Shown here piece after piece: positions 9,947-19,706 of a DNA stretch of 51,376 nt. Each line of letters starts with the position of its first letter. Within the stretch, counting starts at the first letter, position 1. The notes below the pieces were generated by a model. It had not been told where the DNA came from. It saw only the letters and a program-made list of their open reading frames with translations, and ran no database searches. Source of the stretch: Candidatus Zixiibacteriota bacterium (GTDB lineage Bacteria > Zixibacteria > MSB-5A5 > UM-FILTER-46-8); NCBI GenBank assembly GCA_014730175.1, contig WJIR01000031.1, forward strand, positions 1 to 51,376. The letters are read 5' to 3'. The translations under genes and the position numbers were made by a program.

Positions 9947-11256
9947 TAGCAAGCCTTCGCTCTATATTCAAGATTCAGGAACTCAGAGAACGGATCCTTT
10001 TTACGCTGGGGATCTTAATAGTTTACAGGATAGGCGGACATGTGCCTACACCGGGTATCGACCCGGCGGCTTTGGGCGAATTCTTTGCGCAGGCACAGGG
10101 CTCCTTGTTCGGGCTTTATGATATGTTTGTCGGGGGCGCTTTCAGTAAAGCCACCATTTTTTCGTTGGGAATAATGCCGTATATATCGGCTTCGATTATT
10201 ATTCAGTTGCTCGGATCGGTTATCCCCTACTTCCAGAAATTGCAGAAGGAGGGAGAAGAAGGGCGTCGTAAGATTACTCAGTACACCAGGTATGGAACTG
10301 TTTTTATCGCCGCCATGCAAGCGCTCGGTACCAGCATATTTTTGGAATCGATCACAACAACCTCCGGCTTGAAAGTTGTGCCGATACCGGGGATGGGATT
10401 TAAGCTCCTGACGATGCTGACATTTACTTCCGGCACGATTTTCATTATGTGGCTGGGCGAGCAGATCACCGAAAAGGGGATAGGTAACGGTATCTCGTTG
10501 ATAATATTTATCGGCGTTATAGCTCGATTACCTCAAGCCGTGATGGATGAAGCAAGACTGCTGTTTAGTGGTCAGAGGAACCTGGTGGAGCTGCTGTTCA
10601 TAATCGCTTTTATGCTGGTGGTTGTGGCGGCTATTGTTGTGGCGACACGATCTATGAGGAAGATTCCGGTTCAATATGCGAAACGAGTTGTCGGTAGAAG
10701 GGTATACGGTGGACAAAGTACACATATACCGCTCTCGGTTAATTCCGCCGGTATCATTCCGATTATTTTCGCACAATCGATAATGTTTGCGCCGTCAACG
10801 CTAACCTCCTTTTTTCCGGACTCGGATTTCATGCAGAATTTCGCCGGTTACTTTGCGCCATCAAGTATCGTGTACAACATATTTTTTGCTTTGATGATCG
10901 TTTTCTTCGCATATTTCTATACTGCGATTGTTTTCAATCCGGTGGATCTGGCGGACAATATGAAAAAGAACGGTGGCTTTATTCCCGGTATACGTCCGGG
11001 TAAACGCACATCGGATTACATTGACAGGGTGTTAACAAGGATAACACTGCCCGGGGCGATATTTTTCGCTATTATTGCGATATTACCGAACATTATGTCG
11101 ATGACGATGAACGTTACTTTCTATTTCGGTGGAACCGGCTTGATTATTGTAGTCGGCGTCGCCCTGGATACACTGCAACAAATTGAATCTCACCTCATCA
11201 TGCGACATTATGATGGCTTCATCAAGAAAGGTCGTTTGAGAGGTAGGTATGCATAA
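9943..11256 (+). CDS. secY: Preprotein translocase subunit SecY
   Basis: 437 aa with multiple TM helices and SecY motifs (GIMPYISASIIIQLL, WLGEQITEKGIGNGISLIIF). GTG start overlaps the rplO stop (GTGA). Confidence 0.95.
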   Translation: MIASLRSIFKIQELRERILFTLGILIVYRIGGHVPTPGIDPAALGEFFAQAQGSLFGLYDMFVGGAFSKATIFSLGIMPYISASIIIQLLGSVIPYFQKLQKEGEEGRRKITQYTRYGTVFIAAMQALGTSIFLESITTTSGLKVVPIPGMGFKLLTMLTFTSGTIFIMWLGEQITEKGIGNGISLIIFIGVIARLPQAVMDEARLLFSGQRNLVELLFIIAFMLVVVAAIVVATRSMRKIPVQYAKRVVGRRVYGGQSTHIPLSVNSAGIIPIIFAQSIMFAPSTLTSFFPDSDFMQNFAGYFAPSSIVYNIFFALMIVFFAYFYTAIVFNPVDLADNMKKNGGFIPGIRPGKRTSDYIDRVLTRITLPGAIFFAIIAILPNIMSMTMNVTFYFGGTGLIIVVGVALDTLQQIESHLIMRHYDGFIKKGRLRGRYA

Positions 11257-11271
11257 AGTGGAGAGTCGCTG

Positions 11272-11913
11272 ATGAGATTGATTTTTTTGGGACCTCCGGG
11301 TTCGGGAAAGGGAACACAGGCGAAGATAGTCGCCGGTAAGACCGGAGCCAAGCATATTTCGACCGGAGATATTTTACGGGAAGCTGCCGCTGCGGGAACC
11401 GACCTCGGCGTTAAGGCTAAAAGGTATATGGATGCCGGCGACTTAGTGCCCGATGAGGTATTGCTTGGCTTGGTGGAAGAAGTGTTATCGGATGCTAAGA
11501 CATCGGAGTCGTTTATACTCGATGGTTTTCCGAGAACCATTCCTCAAGCTGAGGGATTGGATGAGATATTCGGCAAATTGAATCTTAATCTTGACTGGGC
11601 AATCAAGCTTGACGTTCCCGATCAGGCAATTATCGATCGGTTAACATCAAGATATTTCTGTGCAAATTGCAAAGCTGATTTTAACACGAAAACAAAGCCT
11701 CCCAAAGTTGAGGGAGTGTGCGATAATTGCGGAGGAACCTTAGTCCAGCGAGATGATGATAAAGAAGAAGTAATCAAAAATCGTCTCAAGGTTTACCATG
11801 AGATGACTGCGCCGATAGAGGATTTCTATTCGGCGAAAGGTAAGTTGAAAACCGTTCCGGGAGACAGGGAGTTCGATGAGATTACTTCGGATATTTTGAA
11901 TGTAATTTCATAG
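11272..11913 (+). CDS. adk: Adenylate kinase with a Cys4 zinc lid
   Basis: P-loop GPPGSGKGTQA. The lid domain carries CANC....CDNCGG. Confidence 0.95.
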   Translation: MRLIFLGPPGSGKGTQAKIVAGKTGAKHISTGDILREAAAAGTDLGVKAKRYMDAGDLVPDEVLLGLVEEVLSDAKTSESFILDGFPRTIPQAEGLDEIFGKLNLNLDWAIKLDVPDQAIIDRLTSRYFCANCKADFNTKTKPPKVEGVCDNCGGTLVQRDDDKEEVIKNRLKVYHEMTAPIEDFYSAKGKLKTVPGDREFDEITSDILNVIS

Positions 11914-11920
11914 CTCTGAG

Positions 11921-12670
11921 ATGATTCCGATAAAAACTCCGCAAGAAATTGAGTTGATGACGAACTCCGGTCGTCTCGTAGCACAATGCTTCGGAGAAAT
12001 CGAGAAGGTTATCAAGCCCGGGATAAAGACCAGGGATATTGATAGGTTAGTTAGCGAATTTATTGGAGATCACAGAGCGGTAGCCGCTTTTAAGGGTTAT
12101 AACGGTTACCCTGCAAGTATTTGCGTATCGATAAATGAACAGGTTGTTCACGGAATTCCCGGAGAGAGGGAAATCCGGGAATCGGATTTGGTTTCTATCG
12201 ACATAGGAGTATTAAAAGACGACTACCACGGAGATGCAGCCAGGTCGTACCTGATGCCGCCGGAGGATGTCGAGAAAAGAAAATTAGTAGATATTACCGA
12301 AAAGGCTCTCCGGGAAGGGATAAGCGCAGCGCGGTTGGATAACCACCTCTCGGACATCTCTTTTGCGATTCAGAATTTTGTGGAATCCTACGGTTATTCG
12401 GTTGTCCGGGACTTGGTAGGACATGGTATCGGGAGAAAGATGCATGAAGAGCCTCAGATACCTAATTTCGGTAAACCGGGAAACGGCCCGATACTCAAGG
12501 AAGGAATGACTCTGGCAATAGAACCGATGGTGAATATAGGAACCTGGAGAGTTGAAACTCTCGACGACAAATGGACCGTAGTGACAAAAGATCGAAAACT
12601 CTCGGCACATTTTGAGAACACTATCGTTATTACGAAAGACGGACCGATAATTTTAACTATTGATAAGTAG
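11921..12670 (+). CDS. map: Methionine aminopeptidase, type I
   Basis: 249 aa with pita-bread fold metal ligands in context (D..GV..DDYHGD, VGHGIG...HE, LAIEPM, HFENT). Confidence 0.94.
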   Translation: MIPIKTPQEIELMTNSGRLVAQCFGEIEKVIKPGIKTRDIDRLVSEFIGDHRAVAAFKGYNGYPASICVSINEQVVHGIPGEREIRESDLVSIDIGVLKDDYHGDAARSYLMPPEDVEKRKLVDITEKALREGISAARLDNHLSDISFAIQNFVESYGYSVVRDLVGHGIGRKMHEEPQIPNFGKPGNGPILKEGMTLAIEPMVNIGTWRVETLDDKWTVVTKDRKLSAHFENTIVITKDGPIILTIDK

Positions 12671-12671
12671 T

Positions 12672-12890
12672 ATGTCGAAGGAAGAAGCGATAACAGTTGA
12701 CGGAAAGGTTCTTGAACCGTTACCGAATGCAATGTTTAAAGTTGAGCTCGATAACGGACATCAAGTACTGGCTCATATATCCGGAAAGATGAGGATGAAT
12801 TTTATCAAGATACTCCCCGGGGACAGGGTTACTCTGGAGTTATCGCCGTATGATCTCAATCGAGGACGCATCGTTTACAGATACAAATAG
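12672..12890 (+). CDS. infA: Translation initiation factor IF-1
   Basis: [68 protein letters not shown]. The ATG at 12672 lies inside ORF 12660..12890. Confidence 0.95.
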   Translation: MSKEEAITVDGKVLEPLPNAMFKVELDNGHQVLAHISGKMRMNFIKILPGDRVTLELSPYDLNRGRIVYRYK

Positions 12891-12913
12891 AGATTAATGA
12901 AATTGAGGATAAA

Positions 12914-13027
12914 ATGAAAGTACGTTCTTCGGTAAAAAAACGCTGTGATAAATGCAAGATTATCCGGCGAAAAGGTGTGATAAGAGTAATCTGTCAGAAT
13001 CCCAAACATAAGCAGAGACAAGGCTAA
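12914..13027 (+). CDS. rpmJ: 50S ribosomal protein L36 (zinc-binding form)
   Basis: Not in the ORF track because it is under 60 aa. Hand translation gives [37 protein letters not shown] then TAA. GAGGA lies upstream. Confidence 0.93.
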   Translation: MKVRSSVKKRCDKCKIIRRKGVIRVICQNPKHKQRQG

Positions 13028-13054
13028 TTGGTTTATCAGGATAGGAGGTTTTAA

Positions 13055-13426
13055 TTGGCACGTATTGCGGGTGTCGACCTACCAAAAAACAAGAGAATCG
13101 ATGTCGGTCTGACCTATATATACGGTATCGGTCAATCGCAGGCTAAGAATATTGTGGAAGAAACCGGTATCAACCCGAGTAAAAGAGTACATGAGTTAAC
13201 CGACGAAGATGTGGCGAAGATAAGGGCTGCTATCGATGCCAATTATAAGGTGGAGGGTGAACTTCGCACCGAAATCGCCATGAATATCAAGCGGTTGATC
13301 GATATAGGCTCCTACCGTGGATTGCGTCACCGAAGAGGACTACCGGTAAGGGGACAGAATACAAAGAATAACGCTCGTACTCGGAAAGGTCCTGGCAAGG
13401 CGATTGGACGCGGTAAGAAGAAATAA
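13055..13426 (+). CDS. rpsM: 30S ribosomal protein S13
   Basis: TTG start after [19 protein letters not shown]....LTYIYGIG and [19 protein letters not shown]. Confidence 0.95.
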   Translation: MARIAGVDLPKNKRIDVGLTYIYGIGQSQAKNIVEETGINPSKRVHELTDEDVAKIRAAIDANYKVEGELRTEIAMNIKRLIDIGSYRGLRHRRGLPVRGQNTKNNARTRKGPGKAIGRGKKK

Positions 13427-13449
13427 TTTAGTTAAGAAGAGGAGATAAA

Positions 13450-13842
13450 TTGGCGGATCCTAAAAGAAGAAAAGTTAGGAAGAAAGGCAAGAAGGTAGAT
13501 GCGCTGGGCATAGCCTTTATTAAATCTACCTTCAATAACACAATAGTAACCCTGACTGATACCAAGGGGAATGTAATCTCCTGGGCTTCGGCCGGGAAAT
13601 CGGGTTTTAAAGGTTCCAAGAAATCAACACCCTTTGCGGCTCAGTTGGCGGCTGAGACATCGGCAAAAGAGGCTATTGAAATGGGATTGAAAAGGGTTGA
13701 AGTGCGAGTTAAGGGACCCGGTTCCGGTAGGGAAGCGGCAATTAGATCTCTTCAGGCGGCAGGACTGGAAATTATCGCCATCAGAGACGTTACCCCTATC
13801 CCGCATAACGGCTGCCGCCCGCCTAAACGTCGAAGAGTTTGA
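13450..13842 (+). CDS. rpsK: 30S ribosomal protein S11
   Basis: TTG start after GAGGAG. FNNTIVT.TD..GN...[17 protein letters not shown] and [14 protein letters not shown]. Confidence 0.95.
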   Translation: MADPKRRKVRKKGKKVDALGIAFIKSTFNNTIVTLTDTKGNVISWASAGKSGFKGSKKSTPFAAQLAAETSAKEAIEMGLKRVEVRVKGPGSGREAAIRSLQAAGLEIIAIRDVTPIPHNGCRPPKRRRV

Positions 13843-13877
13843 TATAAATTAATTCGGACTATTACTGGAGTTTGTGA

Positions 13878-14507
13878 ATGGCAAGATATAGAGATGCAAA
13901 TTGTAAACTTTGTCGCAGAGAAGGTGAGAAGCTGTTCCTGAAGGGTTCTCGCTGTTTTTCCGAGAAATGCGCTTTCGATAGACGTGCGTATCCTCCGGGA
14001 CAGCATGGTAAAAACATCAGGAGAAAAGTTTCCGAGTATGGACTGCAGCTAAGAGAGAAGCAAAAAGCGCGTAGAATTTATGGCATCCTCGAAAAGCAGT
14101 TCAGGAACTATTTCTTCAAAGCGGCGAAATTGAAGGGCATTACCGGCGAAAATCTGCTGGCGATGTTGGAGTGCCGCCTGGATAATGTAGTTTACCGGCT
14201 CGGATTCGCTCCATCCCGGAAATCGGCTCGTCAGCTCGTTTTGCATCGACATTTTATGATAAATGGAAGAACTGTCAGTATTCCATCGTATCAATTGAAA
14301 CCAAAAGATATAATCAAAGTCAGGGATAAAAGCGCAAATTTGGAGATAATCCACGACGCTTTAAAAGCCTCCGGCAGAGGAACCGATCTAACTTGGTTGA
14401 GAGTAGACAAGGCAAAGCTCGAGGGCGAGTTGCTTGAGGTTCCGCGTCGAGAAGATATCCCTGTTACAGTACAAGAACAATTAATCATTGAGCTATATTC
14501 CAAGTAG
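13878..14507 (+). CDS. rpsD: 30S ribosomal protein S4
   Basis: 209 aa, [25 protein letters not shown] with an S4 RNA-binding domain. Confidence 0.95.
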   Translation: MARYRDANCKLCRREGEKLFLKGSRCFSEKCAFDRRAYPPGQHGKNIRRKVSEYGLQLREKQKARRIYGILEKQFRNYFFKAAKLKGITGENLLAMLECRLDNVVYRLGFAPSRKSARQLVLHRHFMINGRTVSIPSYQLKPKDIIKVRDKSANLEIIHDALKASGRGTDLTWLRVDKAKLEGELLEVPRREDIPVTVQEQLIIELYSK

Positions 14508-14543
14508 TTCTGAACCTTTATTACTTCGGAGGGCTTTCGTACA

Positions 14544-15533
14544 ATGAAGTGGAAAAGCCTACAGATGCCGCAGGAGATCGATTACGATCAGGATACTGCG
14601 ACCGATTTTTATACTAAATTTCACATTCAACCGCTCGAACGCGGTTACGGTATGACTTTAGGCAACGCTTTACGTCGAGTCTTACTTTCATCCATTCAGG
14701 GCGCTGCTGTAACCGCCATCAGAATCGATGGAATTAAACACGAGTTTTCGACCATCCCGGGAGTTCTGGAGGAAGTTACACAAATAGTCCTGAATGTAAA
14801 GCAGATTAGAATTAAGCTGCACGGTGATCCTCCCAAGAAAATGACGCTCAATGTGTCCGGTGCAGGAGATTACACAGCAGGTGATATCGAACTGGATACC
14901 GAAATCGAGCTCCTCAATCCTGATTTACATATCGTTAAGTTGACCGAAGATGTAAGTTTCAGGATGGAGATGGAAGTTGGAAGCGGCAGAGGATTTGTAC
15001 CGTCGGAAGTACACGAGGAAATCGATGCTCCGATAGGCACCATATATATCGATTCATTTTTCTCGCCGGTCGTCAAGGTCAACTATAAGGTAGAGCATAC
15101 ACGCGTCGGACAGCGCACCGATTTCGATCACCTGATCCTGGAGATTTGGACCGATGGAGCTATCAAACCGGAGGAAGCGTTGACGTTCTCGGCAAAGCTC
15201 CTCAAGGATCATCTTGGTTTATTTATCCAGATGGATGAAGAGCTGCCGATCGCTCAAGAAGAAGTGGTGGATGAGGAAACCATGAGGATTAGGAATCTCC
15301 TGAAGATGCGCGTTGACGAATTAGAATTATCGGTTCGTTCCTCTAACTGCTTGAGAGCAGCTAATATAGTGACTATCGCCGATCTTGTCCAAAAAACGGA
15401 ATCGGATATGTTGAAATATCGTAATTTCGGTAGGAAATCCCTCACCGAGTTGAACGCTATTTTAAGCGAAATGGGGCTCTCATTTGGGATGGATGTGAGT
15501 AAGTACTTGGAAGAGCAGCCGGCGGAAGCTTAG
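14544..15533 (+). CDS. rpoA: DNA-directed RNA polymerase subunit alpha
   Basis: 329 aa. N-terminal domain: PLERGYG.TLGNALRR.LLSS..GAA.T. C-terminal domain: LELSVRS.NCL..ANI.TI.DLV...E.DML...NFG.KSL.E. Confidence 0.95.
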   Translation: MKWKSLQMPQEIDYDQDTATDFYTKFHIQPLERGYGMTLGNALRRVLLSSIQGAAVTAIRIDGIKHEFSTIPGVLEEVTQIVLNVKQIRIKLHGDPPKKMTLNVSGAGDYTAGDIELDTEIELLNPDLHIVKLTEDVSFRMEMEVGSGRGFVPSEVHEEIDAPIGTIYIDSFFSPVVKVNYKVEHTRVGQRTDFDHLILEIWTDGAIKPEEALTFSAKLLKDHLGLFIQMDEELPIAQEEVVDEETMRIRNLLKMRVDELELSVRSSNCLRAANIVTIADLVQKTESDMLKYRNFGRKSLTELNAILSEMGLSFGMDVSKYLEEQPAEA

Positions 15534-15562
15534 CGAGTGAGTTTATTTTTTGAGGTTATGTG

Positions 15563-15976
15563 ATGAGACATAGAAAGACAGTGAAAAAACTCGGTGTCAA
15601 AAAGAACCATCGTCAGGCGATGATGAGAAACATGGTGGTATCGCTTCTTGACCATGGAAGAATTACCACCACTCATGCAAGAGCGAAAGTTCTAAAGTCA
15701 CTTGCAGATAAGATGATAACATTAGGCAAGAACGATACCGTATTTTCACGGAGAGTAGCAGGTAAGACAATTCAGAACCGGGAGACACTCAAGAAACTTT
15801 TCCACCAGATTGCCCCGGAATTCGCAGATAGGAACGGTGGTTATACCAGAATCATTCGGGCTGGTATTCGCAGGGGCGATAACGCAGCTCTCTCTATGGT
15901 CGAACTGGTAAACTACGAACCCAAGGTCGCAGAAAGCGACGAGAAGGAAAAAAAGAGCGAAGAGAAGAAGAAGTAA
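15563..15976 (+). CDS. rplQ: 50S ribosomal protein L17 (Lys/Glu-rich tail)
   Basis: MRHRKTVKKLG....HR.AM.RN.V.SL..H.RI.TT..RAK. GAGG lies 7 nt upstream of ATG 15563. The ORF track starts at GTG 15560. Confidence 0.94.
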   Translation: MRHRKTVKKLGVKKNHRQAMMRNMVVSLLDHGRITTTHARAKVLKSLADKMITLGKNDTVFSRRVAGKTIQNRETLKKLFHQIAPEFADRNGGYTRIIRAGIRRGDNAALSMVELVNYEPKVAESDEKEKKSEEKKK

Positions 15977-16059
15977 TTTTCGTATAAGATAGTGGGCAAC
16001 TTCACCGATTCTATTTCCGATGAATTGTTGATTTTCTGACGAATTAATACGATTCCCTT

Positions 16060-17232
16060 ATGATAAAAAGAATTATTCTAATTATACTCGATGCCTGTGG
16101 CGTAGGCGAACTTCCTGATGCTGATTTGTATGGGGATGCCGGCTCCGATACATTGGGCAATACCGCTCTAATTGTTGGGGGGCTGAACCTTCCCACATTA
16201 GCGTCACTCGGTTTAGGAAAAATAAATGAGATAAAAGGAGTGCCTTCCGATAATGAAGCCAGAGGCTGTTACGGGAAACTGGCCGAACTCTCGCCCGGCA
16301 AAGACTCAACTACCGGTCATTGGGAGTTAATGGGATTAGTTCTTGAAAAACCTTTCCCCGTTTATCCCGATGGTTTCCCGGATGACGTTATAAAGCGATT
16401 CACGGAAGTTACCGGATACGAAGTTATCGGGAACAAACCCGCTTCGGGTACCGAGATCATCCAGGAGTTGGGTGAAGAACACATGAAAACCCGTAAGCTG
16501 ATCGTATACACGTCCGCAGATTCGGTTTTTCAGGTAGCCGCGCATGAAGATATAGTCCCTATAGATGTCCTGTATCGGATTTGCGCTTCGGCAAGGGAGA
16601 TGTTAAAGGGGGAACATGGCGTTGGAAGGGTGATAGCCAGACCGTTTGTCGGCAAACCCGGCTCGTTCATTAGAACCGAAGGGCGGCATGATTTTTCCCT
16701 CAAACCGCCTCAAAGAACCGTGCTCGATTTTCTCAATGAACGCGGTGTACCGGTTATTGCGGTCGGTAAAATCAACGATCTCTTTGCCGGTGAGGGAATA
16801 CGAACATTCCTTCACACAAATAACAATAGAGATGTTATGAGCACACTTGAACGCTCCCTGGATAATTACTCCGAAGGATTGATTTTTGCTAATCTTGTCG
16901 ATTTCGATATGCTGTGGGGTCATCGCAACAATTATGAAGCCTTTGCCGAAGGATTAGAGGAATTCGATCATTTCCTTAAAAGATTTCTTGGAAAACTGAA
17001 ATCGGATGACTTGCTCATTATAACCGCTGACCACGGGTGCGATCCTACCACCAGTTCAACCGACCATTCCCGGGAATATGTGCCTCTGCTGCTTTTTGGA
17101 GACCAAATTAAATCCGGCATCAATCTCGGTGTAAGAAAAACCTTCTCGGACGTAGGCGCGACAATTTCCGAGGTTTTCGGAACCAAGAGCCCGATTTGGG
17201 GCAAGAGCTTCTATGGAGATATTAAGAAATGA
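16060..17232 (+). CDS. deoB: Phosphopentomutase
   Basis: 390 aa. Alkaline-phosphatase-superfamily phosphopentomutase pattern (ILDACGVGELPDA..YGD.GSDTLGN, GKDS.TGHWE, FANLVDFDM.WGHRN, ITADHGCDPT...TDHSREYVPLL). Confidence 0.9.
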   Translation: MIKRIILIILDACGVGELPDADLYGDAGSDTLGNTALIVGGLNLPTLASLGLGKINEIKGVPSDNEARGCYGKLAELSPGKDSTTGHWELMGLVLEKPFPVYPDGFPDDVIKRFTEVTGYEVIGNKPASGTEIIQELGEEHMKTRKLIVYTSADSVFQVAAHEDIVPIDVLYRICASAREMLKGEHGVGRVIARPFVGKPGSFIRTEGRHDFSLKPPQRTVLDFLNERGVPVIAVGKINDLFAGEGIRTFLHTNNNRDVMSTLERSLDNYSEGLIFANLVDFDMLWGHRNNYEAFAEGLEEFDHFLKRFLGKLKSDDLLIITADHGCDPTTSSTDHSREYVPLLLFGDQIKSGINLGVRKTFSDVGATISEVFGTKSPIWGKSFYGDIKK

Positions 17233-17627
17233 GCGAGGCTGATCGCAAGCTCATTGATTCCGCACTGAATGTACTGAAACAATCATATTCTCCATATTCC
17301 AAATTCCGTGTAGGGGCGGCTCTACGAACCACAAATGGCGAGATCTTCGATGGTTGCAACGTGGAAAACGTCTCCTATGGACTGACAATCTGCGCTGAAC
17401 GCAACGCAGTCTTTAAAATGGTCTCCTTCGGAGAGAGGAAATTAGAATCTATTGCTGTGGTCACCGACTCCGAATCCATCGTTACCCCTTGTGGCGCATG
17501 TCGCCAGGTGATAAGGGAGTTTGCCGATGATGATTGCCGAATTATCTGTGCTTCACCCAATGAAGTTCGTGTCTTTGCATTAAATCAGTTGCTACCATTT
17601 AGCTTCAAACCATCCGATTTAACATAG
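17229..17627 (+). CDS. cdd: Cytidine deaminase
   Basis: 132 aa with zinc motifs CAERNA and PCGACRQ. Overlaps deoB by ATGA. Confidence 0.92.
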   Translation: MSEADRKLIDSALNVLKQSYSPYSKFRVGAALRTTNGEIFDGCNVENVSYGLTICAERNAVFKMVSFGERKLESIAVVTDSESIVTPCGACRQVIREFADDDCRIICASPNEVRVFALNQLLPFSFKPSDLT

Positions 17628-17636
17628 GATATCTTT

Positions 17637-18941
17637 ATGGCTTTTCAGGAAATTATAGCCCGTAAGCGTGATGGCTATCAGCTTTCCAGGCACGAAATAG
17701 AGGAGCTTGTGAGCGGTTATACCGATGGGAGTATTCCCGATTATCAGGTATCCGCCATTCTGATGGCGATCTGCCTGAAGGGTATGGATGTTGAAGAGAC
17801 CTATTACTTGACCGATGCCATGCTCAAATCGGGCGAAACGCTTGATTTATCCGGGCTGGGTGGAGCTAAAATCGATAAGCATTCCACCGGCGGAGTCGGC
17901 GATAAAGTCTCCCTGGCATTAGCTCCAATTGCGGCATCATGCGGTCTGGTCGTACCGATGATTTCCGGCAGGGGACTCGGACATACCGGCGGAACCCTTG
18001 ATAAACTGGAATCCATCCCCGGATACAGAACCGATCTCAGCGTCTCTGACTTCCGGTCCGTTTTGTCCAAATGCGGAGCTTCTATTATCGGACAGACTTC
18101 GGATGTTGCCCCCGCGGACAAAAAGTTATATGCTCTGCGGGATGTCACCGCTACCGTGGAGTCCATTCCCTTGATAACCGCCTCCATCTTATCCAAGAAA
18201 TTAGCCTCGGGTATCGATGGAATTGTCTTCGACATTAAGTGCGGGAGCGGTGCGTTTATGAAAACATTCGACGATGCCGCCTCTCTGGCGAAATCGTTGG
18301 TGGATACGGCTAAGAGATTCGATAAAAAATGCAGAGCATTGATCACCGGTATGGATGAACCTTTAGGAAATGCAGTTGGTAATTCACTGGAAGTGATGGA
18401 ATCAATCGACTATTTAAGAGGGAATTTTATTTCGGATTTACATGAGATAACCGTTAGTCTGGGTGCCCAAATGCTCATTATCGGGGAGGTTGAGTTATCT
18501 GAAGATAAAGCAAGGCAGATGATTGAGGATTCTATATCTTCAGGTAAGGCGCTGGATGTTTTTAAGCGGATGGTTGAGTTACAGCATGGGGATCAGAGAA
18601 TAATCGATGATAATTCATTACTCGATCTCGCCGAGACCAAAGATGAGTTTCTATCACCAAGCGATGGATATATATCCGAAATAGAGACCCGGGATGTCGG
18701 TTTGGCGGCTAATGCTCTTGGCGCTGGACGCCAACGAATCGAGGACAGCGTTGATTTTGGCGTGGGGTTTAATTTTCGGAAGAAAACTGGTGACAAAGTT
18801 TCTAAAGATGAGCCGATTGCTGAAATCTTCGCTCGGAATATAACCGATATTGCTATGGCTAAAGATAAGCTTCAGCGCGCAGTGGAGATTTCACCCGAGA
18901 AACCGCCCACTGATGGAAAAGTCCTGCGGTTAATTGAATAA
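17637..18941 (+). CDS. pdp: Pyrimidine-nucleoside (thymidine) phosphorylase
   Basis: 434 aa with family motifs (DKHSTGGVGDK, SGRGLGHTGGTLDKLE, DV.PADKKLYALRDVT). Confidence 0.92.
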   Translation: MAFQEIIARKRDGYQLSRHEIEELVSGYTDGSIPDYQVSAILMAICLKGMDVEETYYLTDAMLKSGETLDLSGLGGAKIDKHSTGGVGDKVSLALAPIAASCGLVVPMISGRGLGHTGGTLDKLESIPGYRTDLSVSDFRSVLSKCGASIIGQTSDVAPADKKLYALRDVTATVESIPLITASILSKKLASGIDGIVFDIKCGSGAFMKTFDDAASLAKSLVDTAKRFDKKCRALITGMDEPLGNAVGNSLEVMESIDYLRGNFISDLHEITVSLGAQMLIIGEVELSEDKARQMIEDSISSGKALDVFKRMVELQHGDQRIIDDNSLLDLAETKDEFLSPSDGYISEIETRDVGLAANALGAGRQRIEDSVDFGVGFNFRKKTGDKVSKDEPIAEIFARNITDIAMAKDKLQRAVEISPEKPPTDGKVLRLIE

Positions 18942-19007
18942 TCCGCTATTTACATCCAATTATCAACTACTTCAACTGATCTGGTCGCTATTTCATCATC
19001 AAAACCA

Positions 19008-19037
19008 TTGACTTAATTGAGATAGTTGGTTTACTAT
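19008..19037 (+). promoter_or_regulatory. Sigma-70-like promoter candidate upstream of the lapA-like gene
   Basis: TTGACT (19008-19013), 18-nt spacer, TACTAT (19032-19037), about 35 nt upstream of the ATG at 19073. Pattern match only. Confidence 0.35.
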
Positions 19038-19072
19038 TCAGGCAGCATATATTTGAATAAGGAGGATTCCCA

Positions 19073-19417
19073 ATGTGGGTTTTTAGGTATTTCATTATAA
19101 CTGTTATCCTATTAGTAATTGTAGGTTTCGCCATACAGAATTCCTACCAACGAGTTGATATAAATCTTCTTAACAAACGTTATATCGATGTTCCGCTGAT
19201 TCTGGTTTTATTCGAAGCGTTTGCTATCGGTATATTCTTCTGGTTCGTTATTTCAATAGCTCATTTTCTCAAGGTTCATCGAGCGCTTAGTAAGCAGAAA
19301 CGGGAGAATGATAAACTACTTGAGGAGATAACAACTATACGAAACATGCCGCTTCAGGAAAATGATGAAAAACCGGAAGATTCGGGATATGATGATCAAA
19401 GGGATTCAATGTCATGA
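19073..19417 (+). CDS. LapA-like small inner-membrane protein (LPS assembly protein A domain)
   Basis: 114 aa with two predicted TM helices followed by a charged coiled tail. GGAGG RBS. Lies upstream of a LapB/YciM-type gene, as in the E. coli lapAB arrangement. Confidence 0.65.
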   Translation: MWVFRYFIITVILLVIVGFAIQNSYQRVDINLLNKRYIDVPLILVLFEAFAIGIFFWFVISIAHFLKVHRALSKQKRENDKLLEEITTIRNMPLQENDEKPEDSGYDDQRDSMS

Positions 19418-19439
19418 ATTGACTGCCTTAGCAAATTTC

Positions 19440-19468
19440 TTGACTTTCGGAGATGGTTTAAATATCAT
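19440..19468 (+). promoter_or_regulatory. Sigma-70-like promoter candidate in the lapA-lapB spacer
   Basis: TTGACT (19440-19445), 17-nt spacer, TATCAT (19463-19468). Pattern match only. Confidence 0.35.
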
Positions 19469-19706
19469 GTTGCGATTTGGCCCGGATAGTTCATAAAAGC
19501 TACTAACCGGTAGCCGAAGGCTTGTCCTTCGGAAATTAAATTGAAGTCGTTTATTTACAGATTGGAATTGAAGATTACAAAGAAACACCGGAAGCGCAAA
19601 TTCGCCAGAGGCGCATAAAGCTTCCGCTACCGATTACCAAATTTATGAATAATCCGGATTGGCTGTAAGTAGTTGTGATAACATAAATTCAGGTTAATTA
19701 AAGATT

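Noticed and set aside
19418-19706. tRNA or other RNA genes in this spacer and the other long intergenic spacers (also 24514-24701, 40037-40289, 42537-42741, 44101-44534, 50754-50966).
   Set aside because: No T-loop (GTTCGAATC-like) or cloverleaf arrangement is visible, and there are no rRNA-like segments. Nothing can be supported by eye.
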